DNA from: a virus
Lineage: Duplodnaviria; Heunggongvirae; Uroviricota; Caudoviricetes
IMG/VR virus record: IMGVR_UViG_3300013383_000018
Length of the DNA: 64,000 nt
Reading direction: 5' to 3' (one strand)
Shown here: positions 15,939 to 25,224 of the stretch, piece after piece
Position numbering within the stretch: position 1 is the first letter of the stretch
Layout: every line of letters starts with the position of its first letter
Position numbers and translations under genes: made by a program
Notes under the pieces: model-generated
The model's input: the letters and a program-made list of their open reading frames with translations, nothing else
Database searches by the model: none
What the model was told of the DNA's origin: nothing

Positions 15939-16685
15939 ATGCTGGCAAATCCGAAAAGAACAAAAGATGAAATCGTGCAGTGGATTCGAGAATACTTCGC
16001 TGCAAACGGCAATGATTGCTGCGCTGTCATCGGTATTTCCGGTGGCAAAGATAGCAGCGTAGTCGCAGCACTTTGCGTTGAAGCTCTTGGCGTAGAGCGG
16101 GTCATCGGCGTGCTGATGCCAAATGGTCGGCAGAAAGATATCGCAGACTCCAAGCTGCTGGTCGATACGCTTGGCATTGCAAGTGTCACAGTTGACATTG
16201 GCGGTGCATACAGCAAGATGGTTGATGTGGTCGGCAGAGTAATGCCGTCTGGAGTAAGTAATCAGGCAGCGGTCAATCTCCCTCCAAGGCTGCGTATGGC
16301 GACGCTCTATATGGTCGCTCAGTCTTTGGCTCGCGGAGGTCGCGTCGCAAACACCTGCAATCGCTCCGAGGATTATGTTGGATACTCCACAAAGTTCGGT
16401 GACAGCGCTGGTGACTTCAGCCCACTTGCAAACATCATGGTACATGAGGTTCGTCAGATTGGCTACGAACTCCCCATTCCCCGTGAGCTGGTAGACAAGA
16501 CTCCGTCGGATGGTCTTTGCGGTAAGACAGACGAGGACAATCTGGGCTTCACCTATACGCAGCTCGACAACTACATCATGCATGGTAGTAGTGGGGATGA
16601 AGACATCGACAAGGTAATTGCAAGGAAGCATATGCAGAACCTGCACAAGCTCAATCCGATGCCTGCCTACGGTTCACAGCCGTAA
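15939..16685 (+). CDS. nadE: NH3-dependent NAD+ synthetase
   Basis: PP-loop GISGGKDSS. GYSTKFGDSAGDFSPL and LGFTYTQLDNYIMHG align with E. coli NadE. Confidence 0.85.
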   Translation: MLANPKRTKDEIVQWIREYFAANGNDCCAVIGISGGKDSSVVAALCVEALGVERVIGVLMPNGRQKDIADSKLLVDTLGIASVTVDIGGAYSKMVDVVGRVMPSGVSNQAAVNLPPRLRMATLYMVAQSLARGGRVANTCNRSEDYVGYSTKFGDSAGDFSPLANIMVHEVRQIGYELPIPRELVDKTPSDGLCGKTDEDNLGFTYTQLDNYIMHGSSGDEDIDKVIARKHMQNLHKLNPMPAYGSQP

Positions 16686-16694
16686 GGTGATTGT

Positions 16695-17969
16695 ATGGAA
16701 GAGATAGCGATTGTTCGCTGTTTGCAGAGCGCAAGCGGCGCAATTAGTAAAATGCGGGTCTTACAAGCCTTCAAAGATGTTGAGAATTTCCGTAAGATTT
16801 TGTACTATGCTTTGAATCCAATGCTAACGTACAAGATTTCGGAACAAACACTGCGAACGCCTGTCGAGTACGACCCAACAATTACAATCACGATGACCGA
16901 CATCTTCGAAATCTGTGAGCTGCTATCAAAGCGAAAAGCATTGGATGCAGCAACCGTGTATCAAGTGCGAGTTTTCGTGCAGTGTTTGACTGACCCGGAA
17001 TCATCCGAGTTTTACATCGAACTTCTGTCAAAGACACTTCGGTTGGGTGTCACAGCGAAAACTGTGAACAAGGTTATCCCCGGATTGATTCCCGAATGGG
17101 AGGTTCAGCAAGCATATCCAATTGACAAATATCCAATCAAGGAAGGCACGGAGTTTTGGCTCACTCAAAAACTGAATGGTGTCAGGGCAACATACTACAA
17201 AGGGCAACTGTTCGCAAGAAGCGGAGTTCCCTACGAAGGGCTTGGACATATTCTGGACGCGCTCAAAATCGACGAGAACGATAGCTATGTTTTTGACGGA
17301 GAGCTTACCCTACGAGATAAAGGCGAACTGTCTGATAATGAGGCGTTCCGCAAGGCAACGGGCATTATCAACTCAGAAGACACTGATAAAACGGCAGTTT
17401 GCTACACCATCTTCGATGTGCTGACAACAGAAGAGTTCGATGGTGGTGTCAGCGAGGGCGGTTATGGGTATCGCAGGTCTTTCTTAGACCAGCTTCATCG
17501 TTTCATTCCGCAAGATGGTCGAGTCAACATCCTCCCTGTTCTGTACCACGGTAGTGACCAGACAAAAATCGACGAACTCTTAGAGCAAATGGTTCGGGAG
17601 GATAAAGAGGGGCTGATGGTCAACTTCGATGTCCCCTATAAGCGAAAGCGTCACAATGGAATCCTCAAAGTCAAACGCTTCTACACTATGGATTTGCGTA
17701 TCTTGCGTTGCGAAGAAGGAAGCGGTAGGCTTGCAGGAACGTTGGGCGCCTTTGTGCTTGATTATAAAGGCAACGAAGTGAATGTCGGGTCAGGGTTCTC
17801 CGACGAACAACGTGCAGCTTTTTGGGCGGCTAAAGATGAAATGCCCGGACGGTTGTGCGAGGTAAAATACAAGGAAATATCGTATGACAAGAACACCGGT
17901 GCTGAGAGTTTGCAGTTCCCGGTGTTTATTACTATCCGAACAGACAAAGACGAGGTCAGCTACGGCTGA
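16695..17969 (+). CDS. ATP-dependent polynucleotide ligase (probable DNA ligase)
   Basis: Nucleotidyltransferase motif I variant KLNGVR. Length and C-terminal OB-like region. Confidence 0.6.
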   Translation: MEEIAIVRCLQSASGAISKMRVLQAFKDVENFRKILYYALNPMLTYKISEQTLRTPVEYDPTITITMTDIFEICELLSKRKALDAATVYQVRVFVQCLTDPESSEFYIELLSKTLRLGVTAKTVNKVIPGLIPEWEVQQAYPIDKYPIKEGTEFWLTQKLNGVRATYYKGQLFARSGVPYEGLGHILDALKIDENDSYVFDGELTLRDKGELSDNEAFRKATGIINSEDTDKTAVCYTIFDVLTTEEFDGGVSEGGYGYRRSFLDQLHRFIPQDGRVNILPVLYHGSDQTKIDELLEQMVREDKEGLMVNFDVPYKRKRHNGILKVKRFYTMDLRILRCEEGSGRLAGTLGAFVLDYKGNEVNVGSGFSDEQRAAFWAAKDEMPGRLCEVKYKEISYDKNTGAESLQFPVFITIRTDKDEVSYG

Positions 17970-17983
17970 GAAAGGAGGATTGC

Positions 17984-18382
17984 GTGGGTAAAGTAAAAGC
18001 GGCACCACAGTTTTCAGAGTCTATCAGTAGTTTCTGTAAGCTGATGGAGAATGCGCAAAAGGACTATGCGTGGAACTATGATGAGGTGAACCGCATGGAT
18101 AGGCTCACGCAGGACTACCTTCACAAGCTGGAGCTTGACGGTCTTGATTACAAAGAGCGAGCCAAGGTTGCTACACAGCTTGCAAAGTGCCGTCAGGCAC
18201 GACGTGAATGTAAAGACACCGTGGAAATCCTTGAGCCGCTCGTCCAATTTCTTGAAAGCGACAAAGGCAAAAACCTTTTGAACCTTGTGCGTGAAGCGCT
18301 GGGTAAGACCAGAAAGGTCGAAGAGCGTATGGAAACCCGCACATACATACCAAGAGTCTTAGAGCAGGAGGCAACAACATGA
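17984..18382 (+). CDS. hypothetical coiled-coil protein; GTG start
   Basis: AAGGAGG is 5 nt before the GTG. Confidence 0.5.
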   Translation: MGKVKAAPQFSESISSFCKLMENAQKDYAWNYDEVNRMDRLTQDYLHKLELDGLDYKERAKVATQLAKCRQARRECKDTVEILEPLVQFLESDKGKNLLNLVREALGKTRKVEERMETRTYIPRVLEQEATT

Positions 18383-18555
18383 ACATCGTGTTCTGGCTCA
18401 TCGTAGTCATTGTGCTTGTGCTTATCTGGTTCTGTTTGAGTTTCGCCTTTAAGGGCGTCGGCGGAGTCGGGATGCGATTGTACAATGATGCGAAGAAAGA
18501 AATCTCCGAGGAAACGGAGAAAAAATCTGACGAAGAAAAGGAAGTAAAGGAATGA
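18379..18555 (+). CDS. small membrane protein (58 aa)
   Basis: Hydrophobic N-terminus. RBS GGAGG. Not in the ORF track (<60 aa). Confidence 0.4.
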   Translation: MNIVFWLIVVIVLVLIWFCLSFAFKGVGGVGMRLYNDAKKEISEETEKKSDEEKEVKE

Positions 18556-19442
18556 GAAAAGGTAAACTTGGCGCAATCTTGCTGGCACTTGTGCTGATTA
18601 TCGGCTTGGTTTGCTGCGTGGTGTGTCTTGAGAAGATTCCAGCAGGCTACGTCGGCGTTGTGTATAACATGAACGGCGGCGTCGATGGTGAAGTCTTGGA
18701 ACAGGGCTGGCATCTGGTTGCTCCGACCAAAAAGGTGACCAAGTATTCTATCGGTATTGAGCAGTCATATCTGACGGCTGAGGATAAGGGCGACTCGCCC
18801 AAGGATGAGAGTTTCAACATCCCTACCTCTGATGGTAAGACTGTCCGAGTGAATATTGAGTTCTCATATCGTTTTGATGAGACACGAGTCTCCGAAACCT
18901 TTGCAATGTTCAAAGGAAAATCTGGCGAGGCAATCAAGGATTCGTTTATTAAGCCCAAGGTTGTGGCGTGGACGCAGGAGGTTTCCGCAAACTATCCTGT
19001 TACTGACATCTTTGGCGATAAGCGTACTGAAATCAATGCCGAGTTGGATACCTATTTGCGTGAGAAGTTCGACCAGTATGGCATCATTATTGACACTGTA
19101 AACTTCACGGATATTTCAGTTGATGATGAAACGGCTGCAGCTATCCAGAAGAAAGTCACCGCTCAGCAGGAACTTGAGTTGGCGAATATTGAAAAGCAAA
19201 CCGCCAAGGTTCAAGCTGAGAAAGACAGAGAGGTCGCACAGATTAACGCAGAGAAAGCGGTCATTGAAGCCGAGGCAAAGGCTGAGGCAATGCGTATCGC
19301 TGCAGAAGCAGAAGCCGATGCAAACCGTAAGATTGCGGCATCACTTACTGACGAGCTGATTGAGAAAATCAAGTATGAGCAGTGGAATGGTGAGCTGCCT
19401 ACGGTCACCGGCTCAACGTCCATTGTCAGCATTGAACCGTAA
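18552..19442 (+). CDS. SPFH/band-7 (prohibitin/HflC-like) membrane protein
   Basis: N-terminal TM. PAGYVGVVYNMNGGV core. Alanine-rich coiled-coil C-terminus. Confidence 0.8.
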   Translation: MRKGKLGAILLALVLIIGLVCCVVCLEKIPAGYVGVVYNMNGGVDGEVLEQGWHLVAPTKKVTKYSIGIEQSYLTAEDKGDSPKDESFNIPTSDGKTVRVNIEFSYRFDETRVSETFAMFKGKSGEAIKDSFIKPKVVAWTQEVSANYPVTDIFGDKRTEINAELDTYLREKFDQYGIIIDTVNFTDISVDDETAAAIQKKVTAQQELELANIEKQTAKVQAEKDREVAQINAEKAVIEAEAKAEAMRIAAEAEADANRKIAASLTDELIEKIKYEQWNGELPTVTGSTSIVSIEP

Positions 19443-19654
19443 TGGAAGACTGGTGGGATAATTTAGAGAGCTGGGTCAAGGTTCTCATCTGTATCGTCGT
19501 CTCCATTATTTCGCTTGCGCTAATTGTTCTTACGATAATTATGCCAATCGTTTGGAGCCTCAAATTCCACACCCCAGCATATCTGCTTTTGTGGTGCATC
19601 CCCGCCGGTATTCCTATTGGCGTATCAGCTTATCAGGAGCTTTTTGATTTCTAA
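19442..19654 (+). CDS. small membrane protein
   Basis: Two TM helices. Confidence 0.5.
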   Translation: MEDWWDNLESWVKVLICIVVSIISLALIVLTIIMPIVWSLKFHTPAYLLLWCIPAGIPIGVSAYQELFDF

Positions 19655-19670
19655 ATAAGGAGGAGATTAT

Positions 19671-20165
19671 TTGACAGCCGCATTATATCTGGTCATTCTG
19701 TTTTTCGCTAAGGTGTTGGACAACACGCTCGGCACAGCCAAGACAATCTTGGTGCAGAGAAATCGTTGTGTCCTTGCCGGAGTCGCTCTCGGCTTGTCAA
19801 ATTTCATCTACCTTAGCATCACAAAAGATATCGTAACAAGCGACAGCAGCCTCGCCCTTGCAACTGTTTCCATTGCAAGTGGTGTTGGCTGCTGTTTAGC
19901 TGTCGCATTAAGCAACAGGTTTTCAAAAGATAAGACCTATGTGAACGTCATCATGTCAGATAATTTGGAAGCGATGCAAGAGTTTCGAGATTTTCTGGCG
20001 GCACATCATATCACAAATGTCGCTGCTGACAGCTACACTTTGGACTGGAGCAAGAAGTCCATCACCATTACTGCCTATGCAGAGACAAAAGCACAGAGCA
20101 AACTAATTGACGATTACATCGTAAATAGCTCATTGAAGTTCAAAAGAGTCATCAGTAAAAGCTAA
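19671..20165 (+). CDS. membrane protein; TTG start
   Basis: AGGAGG is 6 nt before the TTG. Hydrophobic N-terminal half. Confidence 0.5.
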   Translation: MTAALYLVILFFAKVLDNTLGTAKTILVQRNRCVLAGVALGLSNFIYLSITKDIVTSDSSLALATVSIASGVGCCLAVALSNRFSKDKTYVNVIMSDNLEAMQEFRDFLAAHHITNVAADSYTLDWSKKSITITAYAETKAQSKLIDDYIVNSSLKFKRVISKS

Positions 20166-20201
20166 AAACGATGGTTTTAATAATTCAAAGGAGGGTGTCC
20201 T

Positions 20202-21287
20202 ATGCGACATTTGGCAACAATCCGTGAGATTGCATCTCTCCACCCGATTGAAGGAGCCGACCGCATTGAAGTTGCGCAGGTCGATGGTTGGGAATGCGTG
20301 GTTCAGAAGGGCGAGTTCCATGTTGGAGAGCATATCGTTTACATTGAGGTCGATTCCATCGTCCCCGAACGTCCTGAGTTCGAGTTCCTGAGAGACAGAA
20401 AGTTCAGAGTTCGCACCATTAAGTTGCGTGGTCAGGTCAGTCAGGGCTTGGTTCTCCCGCTGTCAATCCTCCCGAATGGTACTCCTGCCATTTTGGGCGC
20501 CGATGTAACGGACGCTCTGGGTATTAAGAAGTATGACCCAGAAGCGCAGCAAGAAGCACAGCTCTTGACGAAACAGCCTCAGAAACCGCAGAGCGCAATC
20601 GCTCGTTTCCTGATGCGATTCAAGTGGTATCGCAAGCTGTTTATGAAGCCCAAGCGCAAGGGCGGATTCCCTGACTGGATTGCCAAGACGGACGAGACTC
20701 GCATTCAAAACCTTACGACGCTCTTTGAGATGGAGCGAAACAAGGGAACAAAGTTCTCTGTTACAGAGAAAGTTGACGGGCAGTCAGCGACGTATTACCT
20801 GCGCAAAGTCTCAAAGCGCAAGTATGAGTTCGGTGTTTGCAGCCGAAACATCTACCTTGGCACGCCCGACAACAGCTCCTACTGGACGATTGCACGTCAG
20901 CTCCACATTGAAGATGTGTTGAAGCACCTCATCGGTGATTATGAAACCATCGTTTTACAAGGTGAGATTTGCGGCAACCAGATTCAGGGCAATAAGTACC
21001 ATATCAGTGGGTACGACCTGTTTGCCTTCAACCTGATTTATCCAGACCACAAGTGTGGCACGGCAGAAATCAAGAAGCTGCTTGAGCCGTATGGAATTAA
21101 GACTGTCCCGATTGTTGAAGAGGGCAAGACTTTGCCTGAGACCATCGCTGAGCTGGTCGAGTATTCCAAGGGAAAATCAGTGGTTCGTAAGGAGCAAAAA
21201 CGAGAAGGCGTAGTTATGCGTAATGTCCAGAGCAACATCAGCTTCAAGGTCATCAACCCTGACTTCCTTCTCGCAGAAAAGGACTGA
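20202..21287 (+). CDS. RNA ligase (Rnl-type) with N-terminal tRNA-binding-like OB domain
   Basis: Motif I TEKVDGQS (KxDG). The N-terminal about 100 aa resemble the EMAP/Myf OB fold. Confidence 0.65.
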   Translation: MRHLATIREIASLHPIEGADRIEVAQVDGWECVVQKGEFHVGEHIVYIEVDSIVPERPEFEFLRDRKFRVRTIKLRGQVSQGLVLPLSILPNGTPAILGADVTDALGIKKYDPEAQQEAQLLTKQPQKPQSAIARFLMRFKWYRKLFMKPKRKGGFPDWIAKTDETRIQNLTTLFEMERNKGTKFSVTEKVDGQSATYYLRKVSKRKYEFGVCSRNIYLGTPDNSSYWTIARQLHIEDVLKHLIGDYETIVLQGEICGNQIQGNKYHISGYDLFAFNLIYPDHKCGTAEIKKLLEPYGIKTVPIVEEGKTLPETIAELVEYSKGKSVVRKEQKREGVVMRNVQSNISFKVINPDFLLAEKD

Positions 21288-21292
21288 TTTTT

Positions 21293-21772
21293 ATGAGCGG
21301 TAAATCAACAGACTTGACCAACAGAACGTTCGGGAAATTAAAAGTGGTCAAGCGAGCTGAGAACAGCAGCAGTGGTCAACCAAGGTGGCTGTGCGAATGC
21401 AGATGTGGCAAGACCTGTATCGTTGATGGGAGATTCCTCAAAAATGGTGCTGTAAAATCTTGCGGGTGTTTGCCGAGAGGTGTTCCGCAGGGTGAAATGC
21501 CAGAGCGAGCAATGGCACAACCATCGGTGAGTCTTGGTCGGCTGAGAAAAAGCAACGATGACCCTTGGCGCAATTTGGCGAATGCCATTGTTGCAGTCGC
21601 AGCAGATGATTATCGTTCAGCACTTCGTAATGAAGATGAGGGTTTGTTAAAAAGTCTGGAGAGGTTCTTCCATTCTGAATGGTACAGGATTTTGACAGAC
21701 GTAGACGCAGACAGGCTTCTCGGAATGTTGCGAAGAGAACAGAGCGGCTCATTACAAGCCGCTTACATATAA
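21293..21772 (+). CDS. hypothetical Cys-rich protein
   Basis: CECRCGKTC...CGC cluster. Confidence 0.5.
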   Translation: MSGKSTDLTNRTFGKLKVVKRAENSSSGQPRWLCECRCGKTCIVDGRFLKNGAVKSCGCLPRGVPQGEMPERAMAQPSVSLGRLRKSNDDPWRNLANAIVAVAADDYRSALRNEDEGLLKSLERFFHSEWYRILTDVDADRLLGMLRREQSGSLQAAYI

Positions 21773-21776
21773 ACGG

Positions 21777-21800
21777 AGCCGAGTTATTCGGCTCTTTTCT
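21777..21800 (+). terminator. rho-independent terminator
   Basis: GAGCCGA-GTTAT-TCGGCTC followed by TTTT. Confidence 0.7.
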
Positions 21801-21846
21801 TTGAGCAATCAAGTCCATGATTACTTGAAGAAAAGAATCGAAAGGA

Positions 21847-22209
21847 GTGGCACAAATGTTTAGAGTTCATAGAGATTTCAAGGGGTTGTTGAAGGCTGCG
21901 CAGGATGAATATGATTCCCTCGTTGAATTGAACGAGAGCCTGCGAAAGAAAGTTGCCGAATGGAATAAGGATGAAGAGATTCGAAAAGCGGTAGAACTGG
22001 CTGAGTATAATCGTACCCACTCCTTATGCAAGATGTCAGATAAGGAAATGAAGGCAGAAAGAGTTTTCAGGGATAGCCACTACAAGTCGTGTAAGAATGG
22101 CGGTAAGTATTTGTACGAGCTGACCGGAACAGGCATTGGAACGGCGATTACAATTAAGTGTCCTGTCTGCGGCGAAGAAAAGGACATTACTGACTACGAT
22201 TGCTGGTGA
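21847..22209 (+). CDS. hypothetical protein with C-terminal zinc-ribbon (CPVCG)
   Basis: RBS AAGGAG. Confidence 0.5.
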   Translation: MAQMFRVHRDFKGLLKAAQDEYDSLVELNESLRKKVAEWNKDEEIRKAVELAEYNRTHSLCKMSDKEMKAERVFRDSHYKSCKNGGKYLYELTGTGIGTAITIKCPVCGEEKDITDYDCW

Positions 22210-22219
22210 GGTGATGAAC

Positions 22220-22381
22220 ATGATTTTTCGTGTAATTCTGTTTGCGCTGGCAACAGCAGCAGTTATTGGTGGTCTTGCATATTGGTTGAAGTGTCTTTGC
22301 CTGTGCGACTATGAAAATGCTTGTGACTATTCACAGTGCGATAGCTGCCCGTTTCCTTGCGAGAGGCATAATTATGGGTAA
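22220..22381 (+). CDS. small Cys-rich membrane protein (53 aa)
   Basis: TM helix then CLCLCDYENACDYSQCDSCPFPC. Confidence 0.4.
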   Translation: MIFRVILFALATAAVIGGLAYWLKCLCLCDYENACDYSQCDSCPFPCERHNYG

Positions 22382-22581
22382 GGCGAAAAGAAAACCAAGA
22401 CCATCAGTGCCAGACTGGTTTTGGTGGGGACAGGACGGGTGCTGGTTCTGCAAACAAAGAAATAATTGCAATTAGTGTAAGGCGAACCGTGAATATGTAA
22501 AAGAGTTCGGAGAGAAGAAGCAAAAAGGAAGACACGCCAGCGCAAAGCGAGGGGCGCGGACGAAACCGCAATTGATGGAGG

Positions 22582-22893
22582 ATGATTATGGATTTGTGGA
22601 AGGGATATGAGCTTAGTAGGACATACGTCCCAGCGGCTTATTACACGATTACATCGATTAAGAGCAAGAATGGCAGGGCGAATCCGTTGCATGACGAGGC
22701 GCTTGGGCGAAAGGCATACGTTGTTTACTTAGAGGTCGGAGAGCGTGGCTTTATCAAGTATTTGCCCGAATATGACGACCGGTATCATTGCCTACATACA
22801 TCTACTGTTTTGGATTTTACTCCGTGGGAAAACGGCGAAGACACAATTACCATCCAAACAGCAAATACGGAGTATATCTTGACGAAGCAGTAA
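22582..22893 (+). CDS. hypothetical protein
   Basis: RBS GGAGG. Confidence 0.5.
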   Translation: MIMDLWKGYELSRTYVPAAYYTITSIKSKNGRANPLHDEALGRKAYVVYLEVGERGFIKYLPEYDDRYHCLHTSTVLDFTPWENGEDTITIQTANTEYILTKQ

Positions 22894-22917
22894 GACTTTT
22901 CAGCAGGAGGTCAATCA

Positions 22918-23411
22918 TGCTTGAGTTCTGTGGAAGAAAGTTCACTTGCGATGAATGCCCAATTTGTGAAGGCATTGAGCATAGGCTCAGGGCTGCAAGA
23001 GAAGGTGGCTACGAACCGCAGCTTGAATACTGCGGTTGCGATAAAGTCCAGACTGAGTTTTTTATCAGTGGTTATTGCAGTGATGCTTTTGAGGCGGACA
23101 AGCCGCAGCACAAACTGTGTGAACCGAGGAAAACTGGGAGAGCGTATCGGCGTAAGATGCGCAAGCAGAAGAAAGAAAAGCTGATGCGTATTATGACATA
23201 CGGATATAGGTCAGGTATCGGCTATACAGATTGGGGTTGGAAAGATGGCGTTTATCAGCCGGTCGGAAGTTACATCCAGTACCCCAAGAACTCAAACAGG
23301 CAGACGTTTTGGAAGACATATTCCAACAGGAAAATCAGACGCTATAAGGGCAACATTCGTAAGGGAAATTCGTACCGGAGACATTTCGATTATGCGTGGG
23401 AGGTTGACTAA
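22918..23411 (+). CDS. hypothetical basic protein with N-terminal CxxC pairs
   Basis: RBS GCAGGAGG before ATG 22918. Confidence 0.5.
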
Positions 23412-23851
23412 TGGAGAATAAAAATATGCGGAAGCTCAATGTAACCGTCCAGTGTATGGCTGTGTATAACAGCAGCATTATGGTTCCACGCGAACTGACG
23501 TTTGAAGAGGCAATCAAATATGCCAAAGAGCATATTGACGAGATTAACCTTGGCGAACTTGAGTACATTTCAGATAGCGATGAGCTCGATGAAGAGAACT
23601 GTGACTTCGACGAGGAGGAAGACATCGACTCTGATTGTAGGGTGCTTTATGAAACTGGTATTGAGGAGCCAGAAATCCTTGGCTCCGGGTCAACGTACAG
23701 CAATATTGTATATTCCCCGGATGAAGAGCGTGCTTTTGAAGAATTCCATCACTGTGGACGGAACTATCTGCACAGGATAACTTACCGTAAAAAGTCACCG
23801 TACACAACTACGGAGTGGTGGGACGAAGACCTGAAATGCTGGCGGAGCTAA
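23411..23851 (+). CDS. hypothetical acidic protein
   Basis: ORF only. Confidence 0.45.
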   Translation: MENKNMRKLNVTVQCMAVYNSSIMVPRELTFEEAIKYAKEHIDEINLGELEYISDSDELDEENCDFDEEEDIDSDCRVLYETGIEEPEILGSGSTYSNIVYSPDEERAFEEFHHCGRNYLHRITYRKKSPYTTTEWWDEDLKCWRS

Positions 23852-23857
23852 GCCGCT

Positions 23858-24073
23858 ATGGATATATTTTTTAAGAACGATGGTTCATACAGTCAATCAG
23901 CAGTGGGAATTCCAGTCCTTGTGGACTACACACCGGTTGGATTTGTACGAGAAGTTAATGCCGACATGGTAACGTGCTCCCTGTTCGATAAATTCATCGC
24001 GAAAGAGTGGTTGGCGCAGCATCTGACGACAAAAGAACCGGACATATGCTCTGTATATATCGATACGAAATGA
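23858..24073 (+). CDS. hypothetical protein
   Basis: ORF only. Confidence 0.4.
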   Translation: MDIFFKNDGSYSQSAVGIPVLVDYTPVGFVREVNADMVTCSLFDKFIAKEWLAQHLTTKEPDICSVYIDTK

Positions 24074-24086
24074 TGGAGGTAATTAC

Positions 24087-24500
24087 ATGGGAGTAAGTAT
24101 CAGCGAGTTTAGAGGCGAGTATTACTTTCTGAGTAACTTCTACTCGGCACCCGTTACCTATAACGGAATGTGTTTTGAGAATAACGAGGCGGCATTTCAA
24201 GCGGCTAAATGCCCAGAGCGCATGGCTGAGTTTTGCTGTCTGAATCCGTCAGAGGCAAAGAAGCTTGGGCGTAGGGTTAAGCTCCGTGGTGACTGGGAGG
24301 CGGTCAAAGATACCGTTATGTATGAGATTTGTAAGGCAAAGTTCTCACAGAATCCTGATTTGGCAGACAAGCTTGCTGCGACCAAGGGCGCCGAACTCAT
24401 TGAAGGCAATACTTGGGGCGACCGCATCTGGGGTGTCTGCGATGGCGTTGGAGAAAATCGCCTTGGTAAAATCCTTATGCGGGTCAGAGCAGAAATGTGA
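24087..24500 (+). CDS. NADAR (YbiA/DUF1768) domain protein, ADP-ribose processing
   Basis: Hallmark YFLSNFY motif and size. RBS GGAGG. Confidence 0.7.
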   Translation: MGVSISEFRGEYYFLSNFYSAPVTYNGMCFENNEAAFQAAKCPERMAEFCCLNPSEAKKLGRRVKLRGDWEAVKDTVMYEICKAKFSQNPDLADKLAATKGAELIEGNTWGDRIWGVCDGVGENRLGKILMRVRAEM

Positions 24501-24508
24501 TGTGACCT

Positions 24509-24724
24509 ATGAAAAGGGCTAACACTTATAAAGGAAAACTCGGCTGGCAGTCCGAGTTCAGCCACAGATATGCTTGCTGGGCGAACAACCACAATGGGTG
24601 GGCAAAGGCTAAAAAGTCCAATAAGCGGTTGGCTAAGCGCAGACTAAAAGATGAACTACGAAAAGAACTTGTTTATAGCATATCGGATAAACAAGTTGGG
24701 AATGAGCGGAAGGAGAATTTATGA
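24509..24724 (+). CDS. small basic protein
   Basis: ORF only. Confidence 0.4.
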   Translation: MKRANTYKGKLGWQSEFSHRYACWANNHNGWAKAKKSNKRLAKRRLKDELRKELVYSISDKQVGNERKENL

Positions 24725-24984
24725 AGAGAGAAGATTTTGTCTTCGACCATATGGATGACGAGTACGAAGACTATTGGTTCAAGGTTGTTGGCGACACAAA
24801 AGACGAGCTTACAAAGAAGTACATGGAAATGTGCATGGTTTCAGTGACCGAGGTTGTCTATTCCAATAAGGAGCAGGCTCTTGGCGTGAAGCGCCTCTTC
24901 CCATTTAACTACGATGTTATCATGCCAGATGATTCGGAGCTCAGGGATATGCTGGTATCTCTTGTGGCTGAGCAGAATTCTTGA
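24721..24984 (+). CDS. small acidic protein
   Basis: RBS AAGGAG. Confidence 0.45.
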   Translation: MKREDFVFDHMDDEYEDYWFKVVGDTKDELTKKYMEMCMVSVTEVVYSNKEQALGVKRLFPFNYDVIMPDDSELRDMLVSLVAEQNS

Positions 24985-25224
24985 TTTTTATGGGCGGTTT
25001 AATTGTTGCGCTCGTCATTATGGGTACCACAGCTCTACTAATGTGTGCCGTGTATAAGCATGACACTGGACGTAGCCTCCCCAAAGACTTGTTCCATGAC
25101 GTTTTTACGAAAGGCTGATTTTATGAAGCAATACAACAGCTATCTAATACCGGTATTCGCAATGGCGATTGCGACACTACTAATGTTTGTTTGCATCTTT
25201 AATCCTATGGGGTGGTGATTCAAC

